Positions 17,981 through 27,699 of a DNA stretch of 47,537 bases are shown one piece after another (the first letter of the stretch is position 1; every line of letters begins with the position of its first letter). The notes below the pieces were generated by a model that saw only the letters and a program-made list of their open reading frames with translations, had not been told where the DNA came from and did no database searches. Location: positions 1-47,537 of the forward strand of contig JAWOFK010000079.1 of NCBI GenBank assembly GCA_046497565.1. Reading direction: 5' to 3'. The stretch is from Dehalococcoidia bacterium. Its GTDB lineage: Bacteria; Chloroflexota; Dehalococcoidia; GIF9; AB-539-J10. Both the position numbers and the translations under genes were made by a program.

Positions 17981-19126
17981 ATGAGAGAGGTAGCAATTAT
18001 CGGCGTCGGCAGCACGGTATTCGCTAAGTCCCCCGAAAGACTGGTGAAAGATATGGGGAGCGAGGCAGTGCTGGCAGCAATCGAAGACGCTGGGATTAGC
18101 CCCAAAGACATACAGTTTGCCCATGCGTCTACCACCTTTGGTGGAGCTGTTTGCGGGGAGCGGATTCTCAGCGAAGTCGGCACAAGTGGCATAGAGGTAG
18201 TGAACGTAGAGAATGCCTGTGCTGGTGGCGCCACGGCTTTCAAGGGAGTGTGGGACGCCATTGCTTCCGGGCGTTATGATATAGGATTGGTCGTTGGTGT
18301 AGAATCAATGACTACCAGTCCTATTGCGCGAAAATTGATACCACCGGAAGCAGGCGACCTGGCAGGCGAGATGGGCAATAATATGCCCGCCCACTTTGCC
18401 CTGAGCATGAGAAGACACATGGAGATATACGGGACTACCCTGGAGCAATTTGTCAAAGTATCGGTCAAAAATCATCACAACGGGTGCCTAAACCCCTATT
18501 CTCAATATAAGAAAGAGCTCAGCATAGAGGAAATTCTCAACTCGAGAATGATTTGTGACCCGATAACACTGCTACAGTGCTGCCCTAATACTGATGGAGC
18601 CGCTGCGGCCATTCTATGCCCCATTGGCATAGCCAGACAATACACCGATAAGCCCGTACTTGTGGCAGCATCAGTACTAAAGATGGGAGACTATGTATCC
18701 CGCTGGAAGGAGATGGCTTCGTCCGACCTGAGTTCTAGATGTGCCAGAGAAGCCTACGAAATGGCTGGCTGTGGCCCTGAAGACATAGATATCTGCGAGT
18801 GTCACGATGCATTCGCTTATAGTGAACTCAGCCATTACGAAGAGCTTGGCTTTTGCGGATATGGCGAAGGTGGGCAGTTGATTGATGAGGGTGCAACCGA
18901 GATAACCGGGCGGATACCGGTCAACCCGAGCGGTGGTCTACTATCAAGAGGTCACCCAGTCAGTGCTACCGGCGTGGAGCAAATAGCGGAAATCGTGTGG
19001 CACTTGAGGGGCGAAGCCGGCAAGAGACAGGTTGCCGGGGCCAGAGTGGGTCTAGCTCACACTATGGGAGGGGAGGTTGCGGGTCTGGAGGCCGGTGCCT
19101 GCGCAATACATATACTCAAAATATAA
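17981..19126 (+). CDS. SCP-x/BbsB-type thiolase
   Basis: ENACAGGATA, DGAAAAIL, ECHDAF, VNPSGGLLSRGHPVSATG. Confidence 0.9.
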   Translation: MREVAIIGVGSTVFAKSPERLVKDMGSEAVLAAIEDAGISPKDIQFAHASTTFGGAVCGERILSEVGTSGIEVVNVENACAGGATAFKGVWDAIASGRYDIGLVVGVESMTTSPIARKLIPPEAGDLAGEMGNNMPAHFALSMRRHMEIYGTTLEQFVKVSVKNHHNGCLNPYSQYKKELSIEEILNSRMICDPITLLQCCPNTDGAAAAILCPIGIARQYTDKPVLVAASVLKMGDYVSRWKEMASSDLSSRCAREAYEMAGCGPEDIDICECHDAFAYSELSHYEELGFCGYGEGGQLIDEGATEITGRIPVNPSGGLLSRGHPVSATGVEQIAEIVWHLRGEAGKRQVAGARVGLAHTMGGEVAGLEAGACAIHILKI

Positions 19127-19530
19127 ACAATAACCGGCGGGCTCTGTCAGGGGAAACTGAGGTACCAGTGGTTTCTTCACTTCCCACCGCGTTGAAGGAT
19201 TTTCTCCTCCCCCTCCCGTGTGGATAGCCTCAGCTGTAATCGGGCAAGTGGCATCCCGCCCCTTTTCCTATCACGCTTTGCATCCTACCGTCGCACCATC
19301 GCCTGTGTTGTTACCTTTGACGCGCCTGAAGGGGTTCGAACCCAAGACCACGGGGGCCCAATGACAAATGAGCATTGTCCCGAAAGGCGACTTCACGTCC
19401 AAATTGGAACTCTTGTGTCAATTGCTCTGCCCCATTTTGGGCTCAGAATACCACCTGTTACTTCTGTACCCTATCGGTTTTGCGATGATATAGATGAGAT
19501 AGAAGGCCTGGCCAAATTTCGGCCAAAGGC

Positions 19531-19559
19531 TTGTTTTTTCTGACAGGTATGGTTATAAT
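19531..19559 (+). promoter_or_regulatory. Putative sigma70 promoter of flxDCBA
   Basis: TTGTTT-17bp-TATAAT. Confidence 0.55.
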
Positions 19560-19622
19560 TACGGGTGTTTTGAGACGGCCAGTCACAGAAAGTTGAAGAT
19601 GCCTTGCCTGGCCGGGTGATAG

Positions 19623-20036
19623 ATGGACAACTTTGAACCGAAGATACTAGCTTTTTGCTGTAACTGGTGTTCTTATGCGGGCGCCGACCTGGCCGGCACA
19701 TCGAGAATGCAGTACCCTTCCAACGTAAGAATAATTAGAGTGATGTGCAGTGGTAGAGTAAACCCCTTCTTTATCCTCAAGGCACTTAGCCTTGGTGCTG
19801 ACGGGGTGCTGGTTCTCGGTTGCCATCCGGGTGACTGCCACTATCTGACCGGCAACTACCGCACCCGCCGCCGACTGGCTATCACCATGAAACTTATGGA
19901 ATTTATGGGAATCGAGCCCGAACGCATACAGGTCAGCTGGTGTTCTGCTTCGGAAGGAAGTAGATTCGCCGAGGTGGTTAACGGAGTAACGGCTGAAGTG
20001 AAGCAAATAGGCCCCAATCGATTATTCAATGAGTAA
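19623..20036 (+). CDS. flxD: MvhD/FlxD [2Fe-2S] subunit
   Basis: FCCNWCSYAGAD, RVMCSGRV, GCHPGDCHY, SASEG. Confidence 0.9.
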   Translation: MDNFEPKILAFCCNWCSYAGADLAGTSRMQYPSNVRIIRVMCSGRVNPFFILKALSLGADGVLVLGCHPGDCHYLTGNYRTRRRLAITMKLMEFMGIEPERIQVSWCSASEGSRFAEVVNGVTAEVKQIGPNRLFNE

Positions 20037-20991
20037 AGAATTAGAAAAGAAACTACGAGACGAAGTACGGGACCTTCTGGACAAAGGAAACATCGACCAT
20101 ATTATCGGCTACGAGGCCGGCAGCCTTAAATTCGCCACCACTCCCCTGATTACCAGCAACAAAGCTGACGTAGACCGGCTGGTTATCAGTCCCTTCATTC
20201 ACAGTAACCTCAGCGTTTTCCTGGGCGACCTATCCGGCAAAGCGGGGATTGTTGCCAAAGGATGTGATGCCCGCTCCATCGTCAGCCTTGTCCAGGACAA
20301 ACAAATTGCCCGCGAAGATGTGCATATCATCGGCGTTCCCTGCGGCGGCGTCATCGACCTGGCCAAAGTCGAAAAGCTGACCGGTCTGGACCGGGACGAG
20401 ATCGATGATATCGTCTGGCAGGGAGAAAAGGCGGCTGTGACCTCTGGCGGGAAGACCAGGGAGTTTCCCGCCAAGGAAGTGCTGGCTGATGCTTGTTTTG
20501 GCTGTGACCCCTCCGATTTTAAGGAATGCGATACCCTAATCGGGGAGACCAAACCCATCGCTGCCGATAAAGACCTGGGCCGGGAGAGGCTGAAAGAGCT
20601 GGAGGCGATGGCTCCGGCACAACGCTGGGAGTTCTGGAAGAACGAATTCTCCCGTTGCATCCGCTGCTATGGTTGCCGCCAGGTCTGCCCGGTGTGCTTC
20701 TGCGACCGCTGCTTTGTGGAGGAGGGTGAGCCGGTATATGTCTCACCGGTGCCGAAATGGCAGGATAACCTCATCTTTCAAGCAATAAGGATGACCCATG
20801 TGGCCGGCCGCTGTACCAATTGCGGCGAATGTGAGCGTATTTGCCCCGCCAATATCCCCCTGGGAAGTCTGACAAAAAAGCTGGAGGAGATTGTGGAAGA
20901 GCTCTTTCAATACCGGGCAGGGACGGATAAGGATGCTCAGCCACTGATGGCGGCTTACCAGCTCGAGGAAGTCGAAGACTTGATACGGTAG
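20029..20991 (+). CDS. flxC: FlxC-like 4Fe-4S protein
   Basis: KGCDARS, CIRCYGCRQVCPVCFCDRC, HVAGRCTNCGECERICP; position in a flxDCBA order. Confidence 0.75.
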   Translation: MSKELEKKLRDEVRDLLDKGNIDHIIGYEAGSLKFATTPLITSNKADVDRLVISPFIHSNLSVFLGDLSGKAGIVAKGCDARSIVSLVQDKQIAREDVHIIGVPCGGVIDLAKVEKLTGLDRDEIDDIVWQGEKAAVTSGGKTREFPAKEVLADACFGCDPSDFKECDTLIGETKPIAADKDLGRERLKELEAMAPAQRWEFWKNEFSRCIRCYGCRQVCPVCFCDRCFVEEGEPVYVSPVPKWQDNLIFQAIRMTHVAGRCTNCGECERICPANIPLGSLTKKLEEIVEELFQYRAGTDKDAQPLMAAYQLEEVEDLIR

Positions 20992-20995
20992 ATAT

Positions 20996-22060
20996 ATGAA
21001 AAAGATAAAGAAACAGAGCATTCCCGATTTGCTTAAGAAGTGGCAAAAGGACTTCGCGGTGTTCGTGCCATCGAAGGCCAGCGGCGTGTCACAGATGGAT
21101 GTCTGGGACGGGCAGGATGTGGCTTTCCTTGACCGCAACCGTAATACGGCTATCCCTCCCAAGGCGAAATTCCTGCCCACCATGGAGAAAATGTTCGGTT
21201 TTCGCAAAGAGGGGGGCAGCTATGTACTGGACCCGACAGACGGCGAACCTGCCAGGCAGCTCCTTTTCGGCATCCATCCCTGTGATGCCAGGGCGATAAG
21301 AATCATCGACATGGTGTTCAAAGACGCCTATGACGATAAGTACTACATCAGCAGACGCCAGAACACCGCTCTGGTGGGCATGGCCTGTACCAGTCCCTAC
21401 GACAGTTGTTTCTGCACCTCGCTGGGCTCTGGCCCGGCCGACCCCGCCGATGTCGATATCATGCTGACCGATATCGGTGACACCTTCCTGATTGAGGAAG
21501 TTACCGAAAAGGGCAAGGAAATACTGGCCGATGCCAAGGGTGTTACCGAAGCAACCCAGGATGACGAGAAGAAAGCCGCTGCCGCCCGAAAATCCGCCGA
21601 GGCCAGGGTGACCAGGAAGATTGATACCGCTGAGATCAGCAAGCGGCTGCCGCTTGTGTTCGATGACCGGAAATTCTGGGAGGAAATCGCGGCCAAATGC
21701 GTTAGCTGCGGCATCTGCACTTTTCTATGTCCTACCTGCTATTGTTTCGATATCAACGATGAGATGCTTCAGGATGGCACCGGAGCACGCTACCGCAACT
21801 GGGACTGCTGTAGCTTTGCAGTGTACACCAGGATGCCGGCTGAGAACCCCCGGGAGGAAAAGTGGCGTCGAGTACGTCAGAAGGTATATCACAAATATCT
21901 CTTTTACCCGGAGCTGTTCAACACTATCGCCTGCACCGGCTGCGGGCGCTGTATCCGGCAGTGCCCGGTGAACTGGGATATTACGCAAACACTGAGTAAT
22001 CTGCCTTCAGGAGCTCCAGGACAAGCGGAGGAGAAACAGAAGGCGTCAAAGGCATCATGA
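20996..22060 (+). CDS. flxB: FlxB / AsrA-like 4Fe-4S protein
   Basis: GIHPCD, CFCTS, CVSCGICTFLCPTCYCF, CTGCGRCIRQCP. Confidence 0.8.
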   Translation: MKKIKKQSIPDLLKKWQKDFAVFVPSKASGVSQMDVWDGQDVAFLDRNRNTAIPPKAKFLPTMEKMFGFRKEGGSYVLDPTDGEPARQLLFGIHPCDARAIRIIDMVFKDAYDDKYYISRRQNTALVGMACTSPYDSCFCTSLGSGPADPADVDIMLTDIGDTFLIEEVTEKGKEILADAKGVTEATQDDEKKAAAARKSAEARVTRKIDTAEISKRLPLVFDDRKFWEEIAAKCVSCGICTFLCPTCYCFDINDEMLQDGTGARYRNWDCCSFAVYTRMPAENPREEKWRRVRQKVYHKYLFYPELFNTIACTGCGRCIRQCPVNWDITQTLSNLPSGAPGQAEEKQKASKAS

Positions 22061-22929
22061 CTATTAGCGATATCAGCGACCGCAAGAGATACCTGGCAGA
22101 AGGTAACGTTTACCTTCCTCACATCGCCGTTATAGAGAAGATAGTCGACGAGACGCCCAACATCAAGACCTTCCATTTCAACTTCAAGGATGAGAAACTC
22201 AAGAAAGAGTTCACCTTCGAGTCCGGCCAGTTCGGCGAGTATTCGGTACTCGGTGTCGGCGAGGCTACCTTCTGTATTTCCTCAAGCCCTACCCGCCTGG
22301 ACCATCTGGAGTGCGCCGTGGCGCGGGTGGGTAAGGTCACCAATGCCTTGCACCGGCTGGGCGAGGGGGCGGAAATAGGTTTTCGCGGGCCGTTCGGCAA
22401 CAGCTTCCCTCTCGACTACATGGCGGGCAAGAACCTGGTCTTTGTCGCAGGTGGTATTGGTCTGGCGCCCCTACGCTCGCTAATCTGGAATGTGCTCGAC
22501 AACCGCGCCCAGTATGGTAACGTCGACATAATATACGGGGCGCGCACCCCTCAAGACCTTTGCTTCAAATATGACCTCGAGAGCTGGGAGAAAGAGAGCT
22601 CGGTGAACATGACTACCACCGTGGACCGTGAAGCGCCCGGCTGGGAAGGCAACGTCGGCTTCGTGCCCGCCATCACAGAAAAGGTGGCGCCCCAGGCCAA
22701 GAATGCAGTGGCCATAGTCTGCGGTCCCCCGATTATGATACGTTTCACCTTTCCCGTGCTGGAAAAGCTGGGGTTCACTCCGGCCCAGATGATAACCACC
22801 CTGGAAAAAAGGATGAAATGCGGCATCGGCAAATGCGGCCGCTGCAATATCGGGGATATCTACGTCTGCCGGGATGGCCCGGTCTTCAGTTACGAGCAGA
22901 TTAAGAATTTTAAGTCGGACGAATATTAG
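22057..22929 (+). CDS. flxA: FlxA / AsrB-like FAD/NAD-binding [2Fe-2S] subunit
   Basis: RGPFGN, AGGIGLAPLRS, CGPPIM, MKCGIGKCGRC..CRDGPVF. Confidence 0.85.
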   Translation: MTISDISDRKRYLAEGNVYLPHIAVIEKIVDETPNIKTFHFNFKDEKLKKEFTFESGQFGEYSVLGVGEATFCISSSPTRLDHLECAVARVGKVTNALHRLGEGAEIGFRGPFGNSFPLDYMAGKNLVFVAGGIGLAPLRSLIWNVLDNRAQYGNVDIIYGARTPQDLCFKYDLESWEKESSVNMTTTVDREAPGWEGNVGFVPAITEKVAPQAKNAVAIVCGPPIMIRFTFPVLEKLGFTPAQMITTLEKRMKCGIGKCGRCNIGDIYVCRDGPVFSYEQIKNFKSDEY

Positions 22930-23021
22930 ATAGACTTCCGTTCAAGCGCCGGGGCCCTTGCCCGACGGTCTCAAGTTGCCTTAATCTCTCGGACTCACCT
23001 CATCTTGGAAGAAGCAGGTTT

Positions 23022-23050
23022 TTGCGCCTTCTATGCGCCTGGTATATACT
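23022..23050 (+). promoter_or_regulatory. Putative promoter of selC
   Basis: TTGCGC-17bp-TATACT. Confidence 0.55.
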
Positions 23051-23068
23051 TAATTTGTTCGTGAGTAG

Positions 23069-23165
23069 GGGAGCGCATGAGTCCCGGTGGGCTTCGCGGA
23101 CTTCAAATCCGTCGGGGGGCATCGAAAATGTCCTCGGTGGGTTCGACTCCCATGCGCTCCCGCCA
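23069..23165 (+). tRNA. selC: tRNA-Sec (anticodon TCA)
   Basis: 8-bp acceptor stem GGGAGCGC/GCGCTCCC, CT-TCA-AA loop, long variable arm, GTTCGACTC T arm, GCCA end; adjacent to selB. Confidence 0.96.
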
Positions 23166-23167
23166 CC

Positions 23168-25027
23168 TCACTGGTCCGGTTTCTGCCGCAGCCGCCGCTC
23201 ATCGCCGACACGGTGTGTAATCTTCCTCTCGTCCAGGTACTCTAAGAGGGCTTGAGCGTACTTACGGCTGGTGCCGAACAGGTCTCTGACCTCGGCCAGG
23301 GTCACCTTGCCCTGTTCTTTCATATGGTCGGTGATTCTCTGTACCATTTCATCATAGGCGGGAGCAGCAAAAACAACGCTCTCACTGACCTTCACTACCT
23401 TACCCTGCTCAACCAGCAGATTGACCAGGTCAGGCTCGGGTCTGAGGTCGGTGGGTGGGGCATATGGATTCTCAGCCAGGGAGCGCAGGAAGGCGTCGAT
23501 TTTTTCCTGTTGTTCCGGGCTGAGGCGAATCTGGTGGGAAGGAAGGCGAACAGATGCTTTCTCTTCTACCAGAACTCCACCCTCGGAAAGTCTCTGTAGC
23601 ACAGCGGCAGAAGGCAAGTTCAGCTTGCTTCTAAGCTCCACTTTGGGCATGCCAGGGCGGAGGGGGTATCTGTGGTGATAGTCCTTGAGTATGTTCGCCG
23701 CCTTTTCCATAACATGCTGCCACCCCGCTCTGGTGAAGAGGAGACGATGCTCCCCCTCGCCTATTGCCACCACCTGTTCCTGCTGAACGAGGCTGTCGAT
23801 TGCTCCCTGTGCCTCGCCGGCGGGCAGGTCGCATTGGAGCAAAAAGGATGCCTGCTCCACCGGTTGTTTTGTTTCCAATGTCGTCATAATGACCTCGTGC
23901 GCTGTGCCGCTCTCTCTGACATTAAGCCTTTGAATAATGGCGGAACGGAAGCGGCGATGACGGCCGGTATGAGGAACAACGATATTGCCACCTCCCAGCG
24001 TATCTCTGGAAGAACGAATGATAAAGCGGTCGTTCTTGACCACCGCCACCGGTCTGTCCAGGGTCAGTTGAGCCCAACCGTCCTCACTGGGCTTAAGTTC
24101 CTCTTTGTCCAGCATACGGACTTTGGCAACCGCCTCAGCGGCTCCTGTGTAAAAGCTAACGGTGGCATTGTGGCGCAGGGGACGCTGAACATATGGGAGA
24201 AGGTGAAGCCTGACATCCACCATGGTAGTGGGCACCAGCCAGCCCGGACTGGTGAGCACATCACCGCGCTTCAACTGAGAGGTGGTGACACCTGTTAGAT
24301 TAGCGGCAACCCGGCTGCCGGGACTGGCGGTACCAATACGAGCCTTATGGGTCTGAAGTCCGCGCAGGCGCGACCTCAGGCCCGGCGGTATTATCTCTAT
24401 TTCCTGTCCCCGGGATAGCGAGCCATCAAGCAGTGTTCCGGTAACCACGGTTCCCGAACCGGATATGCTGAAAACGCGGTCTATCGAGAGCCGCGGTCTG
24501 CCGATATCCCTCCTTGGCTCAGTGGACTTCAAACACTCGTCAATAACGGAGATGAGCTCAGCTATGCCTTCTCCACCGAGTGCTGAAACAGCTACGACCG
24601 GTGCTTCGGATAGCGTGGTTGACCTTATCAGTTCCTCCACCTCCAGAGTGACCAGGCTCAGCAACTCCTCATCTACCAGGTCTTTCTTGGTGATAACCAC
24701 CACTCCTCTTTTTACGCCGAGCAGGTCGAGTATGGCCAGGTGTTCCCTGGTTTGAGGCATCACTCCCTCATTAGCGGCAACAATGAGCAGGGCCAGATCG
24801 ATTCCACCTACCCCTGCCAGCATGTTCTTGACGAAGCGCTCATGCCCCGGCACATCTACAATGCCCACCTCTCGCCCGCCGGGCAACGTGAGCCAGGCAA
24901 AGCCAAGGTCGATGGTCATGCCCCGCTCCTTTTCTTCACGCAACCGGTCGGGGTCTATGCCCGTCAGAGCCTGTACCAAGACCGACTTGCCGTGGTCGAT
25001 ATGGCCTGCCGTTCCCAGAACGAACAT
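23168..25027 (-). CDS. selB: Selenocysteine-specific elongation factor
   Basis: [34 protein letters not shown]-terminal [13 protein letters not shown]. Confidence 0.97.
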   Translation of the reverse strand: MFVLGTAGHIDHGKSVLVQALTGIDPDRLREEKERGMTIDLGFAWLTLPGGREVGIVDVPGHERFVKNMLAGVGGIDLALLIVAANEGVMPQTREHLAILDLLGVKRGVVVITKKDLVDEELLSLVTLEVEELIRSTTLSEAPVVAVSALGGEGIAELISVIDECLKSTEPRRDIGRPRLSIDRVFSISGSGTVVTGTLLDGSLSRGQEIEIIPPGLRSRLRGLQTHKARIGTASPGSRVAANLTGVTTSQLKRGDVLTSPGWLVPTTMVDVRLHLLPYVQRPLRHNATVSFYTGAAEAVAKVRMLDKEELKPSEDGWAQLTLDRPVAVVKNDRFIIRSSRDTLGGGNIVVPHTGRHRRFRSAIIQRLNVRESGTAHEVIMTTLETKQPVEQASFLLQCDLPAGEAQGAIDSLVQQEQVVAIGEGEHRLLFTRAGWQHVMEKAANILKDYHHRYPLRPGMPKVELRSKLNLPSAAVLQRLSEGGVLVEEKASVRLPSHQIRLSPEQQEKIDAFLRSLAENPYAPPTDLRPEPDLVNLLVEQGKVVKVSESVVFAAPAYDEMVQRITDHMKEQGKVTLAEVRDLFGTSRKYAQALLEYLDERKITHRVGDERRLRQKPDQ

Positions 25028-25040
25028 TACGTCTCTCCCA

Positions 25041-26423
25041 TCAAGAATGGCTTGTACCGGCGATTGCCTTGCGAAGTGCGTCCAGCAGAACCTCCTCTTC
25101 CTCAGGGAGGACGGAGCGCGGGTCGAGAAGCAGAAGATTCCCCTTGATGCGGCCTATGACCGGAGGGTCATAATGCCGCAGCCTTTCTGCCAGCGCCGGA
25201 GCCAAATCCGGCACCTTACCATGTCCAAGGGCGACCAGCCTGGTGGGCACGACGGCACCGGGCAGACTACCCCCTCCTATCGTGCTTTCCCCTTCAATAA
25301 CCCGGCCTGAATCACCGATAGCTTCGACCCAACGGCTGGCTCGTTCCTCTATCTGGGACAGAGGTGCTGAAATCATGCGCCACACCGGGATTGTGGTTAA
25401 TGCCTCACCCTTCAAATAGTGAACCAGTGTTGCTACAAGGCCGACAAGCCTTATTTTGTCGATTCGCACCGCCCGGGCAAGGGGGTGTTTCTTCAGCTTT
25501 TCAATGAGATCCCTCCGGCCCACAATTATTCCGGACTGGGGCCCGCCGAGTAGCTTATCCCCGGAGAAGAAAGCCAGTGCAGCGCCGAGGGCAATGCTTT
25601 GCTGGACCATAGGCTCGGGGGCAAGACCAAACTCGGTGGTGTCCAACAAACAACCGCTGCCCAGGTCATCGAAAACGGGAAGGTCATAACGATTACCCAG
25701 AGCCACCAGCTCCTCCAGACCGACGCTATGAGTGAACCCCACCACCCTGAAATTGCTGGAATGAATCCGCAGCAGCGCTGCGGTCCGCTCTCCTATCGCC
25801 TCTTCATAATCCCCGACATAGGTACAGTTGGTGGTGCCCACCTCAATCAGCTTGGCCCCGCTCTGTCGCATCACTTCAGGGATACGGAAGCCGCCGCCAA
25901 TCTCCACTGCCTGCCCCCGGGAAACGATTACCTCCTTACGTCTGGCTAAGGCGGTAAGCGCCAGCAGCACCGCCGAGGCGTTGTTATTTACCACCAGTGC
26001 CGCCTCGCTGCCGGTCAGCTGGCACAGAATTTGCTCAACATGGACCTGCCGGGAGCCCCTCAGTCCACTATCCAGGTCAAACTCCAGGTTACAGTAACCC
26101 CCTGCCACCAGGTTCATGGCTGCCGTCGCTTCTTCACTGAGCGGCGCCCGCCCCAGGTTGGTATGCAGTATCACCCCGGCGGCATTTATAACCGGACGCG
26201 GGGAGGGGCGTGACAGGGCTTGTGCCTGGACAACAATGGATTCCACTATCTCTTCTATACCGTGACCGGGCTTGCCCCGGGCTATGGCAATACGTTCCTG
26301 GTCCAGACGTTGCCGAATCAGGTAAACGAGGAAATCATGCGGGCGGGTCTCCTCAAGCTGCTTGATGCGGTCGTGGGAGAGTATTCTGTCCACACCGGGA
26401 AGGTGACGAAATTTGTTTTCCAT
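25041..26423 (-). CDS. selA: L-seryl-tRNA(Sec) selenium transferase
   Basis: [36 protein letters not shown] (PLP Lys); start taken at ATG 26423 (MENKF). Confidence 0.96.
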   Translation of the reverse strand: MENKFRHLPGVDRILSHDRIKQLEETRPHDFLVYLIRQRLDQERIAIARGKPGHGIEEIVESIVVQAQALSRPSPRPVINAAGVILHTNLGRAPLSEEATAAMNLVAGGYCNLEFDLDSGLRGSRQVHVEQILCQLTGSEAALVVNNNASAVLLALTALARRKEVIVSRGQAVEIGGGFRIPEVMRQSGAKLIEVGTTNCTYVGDYEEAIGERTAALLRIHSSNFRVVGFTHSVGLEELVALGNRYDLPVFDDLGSGCLLDTTEFGLAPEPMVQQSIALGAALAFFSGDKLLGGPQSGIIVGRRDLIEKLKKHPLARAVRIDKIRLVGLVATLVHYLKGEALTTIPVWRMISAPLSQIEERASRWVEAIGDSGRVIEGESTIGGGSLPGAVVPTRLVALGHGKVPDLAPALAERLRHYDPPVIGRIKGNLLLLDPRSVLPEEEEVLLDALRKAIAGTSHS

Positions 26424-26530
26424 CTCAACGGATATTCTAGCACACCTCGCTTCGAAGCTCAGCTTGGCAAATCCAGTAGCCGGTGTTAGAATTCCACGAG
26501 GAGTACGAACTATAGTGACGAAGGAGCGAG

Positions 26531-27580
26531 ATGGACAAAAAGACGCCTCCACGGCTAACGGAAACTGTTAGCGGTGCCGGTTGAGCTTCTAAATTGGGTC
26601 CGGGCGACCTGAATGAAGCCTTAAGCGGCTTACCCCTGATGGATGATCCGCATGTAATCAGGGGTATGGCAAGCCTGGATGATGCCGGGGTCTACAAGCT
26701 GACCGACGACCTGGCTCTCATTCAGACGGTTGACTTCTTCACGCCTATTGTCGATGACCCCTATACCTTCGGTCAGATTGCCGCCGCCAATGCCTTGAGC
26801 GATGTATACGCCATGGGCGGCAAGCCGCTCACGGCTATGAACCTGGTTTGCTTCCCCACCAGGACCCTCGATATCTCGGTTCTGAATGGCATCCTCAAGG
26901 GGGGGCTTGATAAGATGCGGGAAGCCGGGGTGACACTGGTCGGCGGGCATAGTGTAGATGATAAGGAACTGAAGTACGGTCTTTCGGTCACCGGTATCGT
27001 GCATCCCGACCGACTGGTGACCAATGCCGGAGCCAAGGCGGGAGACAAGCTAATACTCACCAAGCCATTGGGAACCGGCATTATAGGCACGGCACTGAAA
27101 GCCGGATTGGTTGATGAGAAGACCGTGGAGAAGTTCACCAGGTGTATGACCACTTTGAATGACCGGGCTTCAGAGCTGATGCAGGAGTTCGGAGTTCATG
27201 CCTGTACCGACATAACCGGCTTTGGTCTTCTGGGGCACGCCTGCCAAATGGCCGAGAACAGCCAGGTAGGCATCAGGATGTATCTTGCTTCAATCCCATA
27301 CTTTCCCGAAGCACTGGACTTCGCCCGGCAGGGGCTATGCCCGGGGGGATTATACCGGAACAAGGAATTTTACTCGAGCAGAGTGGAATTCAGCCCGGAA
27401 GTGCCTGAAGACATGGTGCAAGTCCTGTTCGACGCTCAGACCTCGGGTGGTCTGCTAATTTCGCTACCCCCTGAGCAGGCGGAACTTGTGCTACAGAGAT
27501 TGCACGAATCTGGCGCTCAACATGCAGCTATAGTTGGGGAAGTGACCAAGAGCCCGGCAGCCAGAATTTTGGTAAAATAG
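26531..27580 (+). CDS. selD: Selenide, water dikinase, selenoprotein (Sec at TGA 26582-26584)
   Basis: RBS AAGGAG then MDKKTPPRLTETVSGAG-U-ASKLGPGDL continuing in frame into the listed ORF; DDAGVY, QTVDFFTP, GGHS, DAQTSGGLL. Confidence 0.95.
26585..26619 (+). promoter_or_regulatory. SECIS element of selD
   Basis: GCTTC..GGGTC-CGGGC-GACCT..GAAGC stem-loop immediately after the TGA. Confidence 0.75.
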
Positions 27581-27620
27581 CGAACTCCTTCCCAAATTCC
27601 CTTAAGCAATCCCAAAAAAC

Positions 27621-27650
27621 TTGACAGCGTGGAGGAGCCTGTTATACGAT
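27621..27650 (+). promoter_or_regulatory. sigma70 promoter of the fdhE-fdhAB-rnfCD operon
   Basis: TTGACA-18bp-TACGAT. Confidence 0.6.
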
Positions 27651-27699
27651 AGGCCACGATTTTGGAAAAACCGGGCTGTTATAGAAGAACAGATGACAG

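Noticed and set aside
19220-19543. 107-aa ORF in the spacer before flxD
   Set aside because: No RBS or recognisable motif; overlaps the tRNA-like fragment and promoter region
23022-23255. 77-aa ORF
   Set aside because: Overlaps tRNA-Sec and the end of selB
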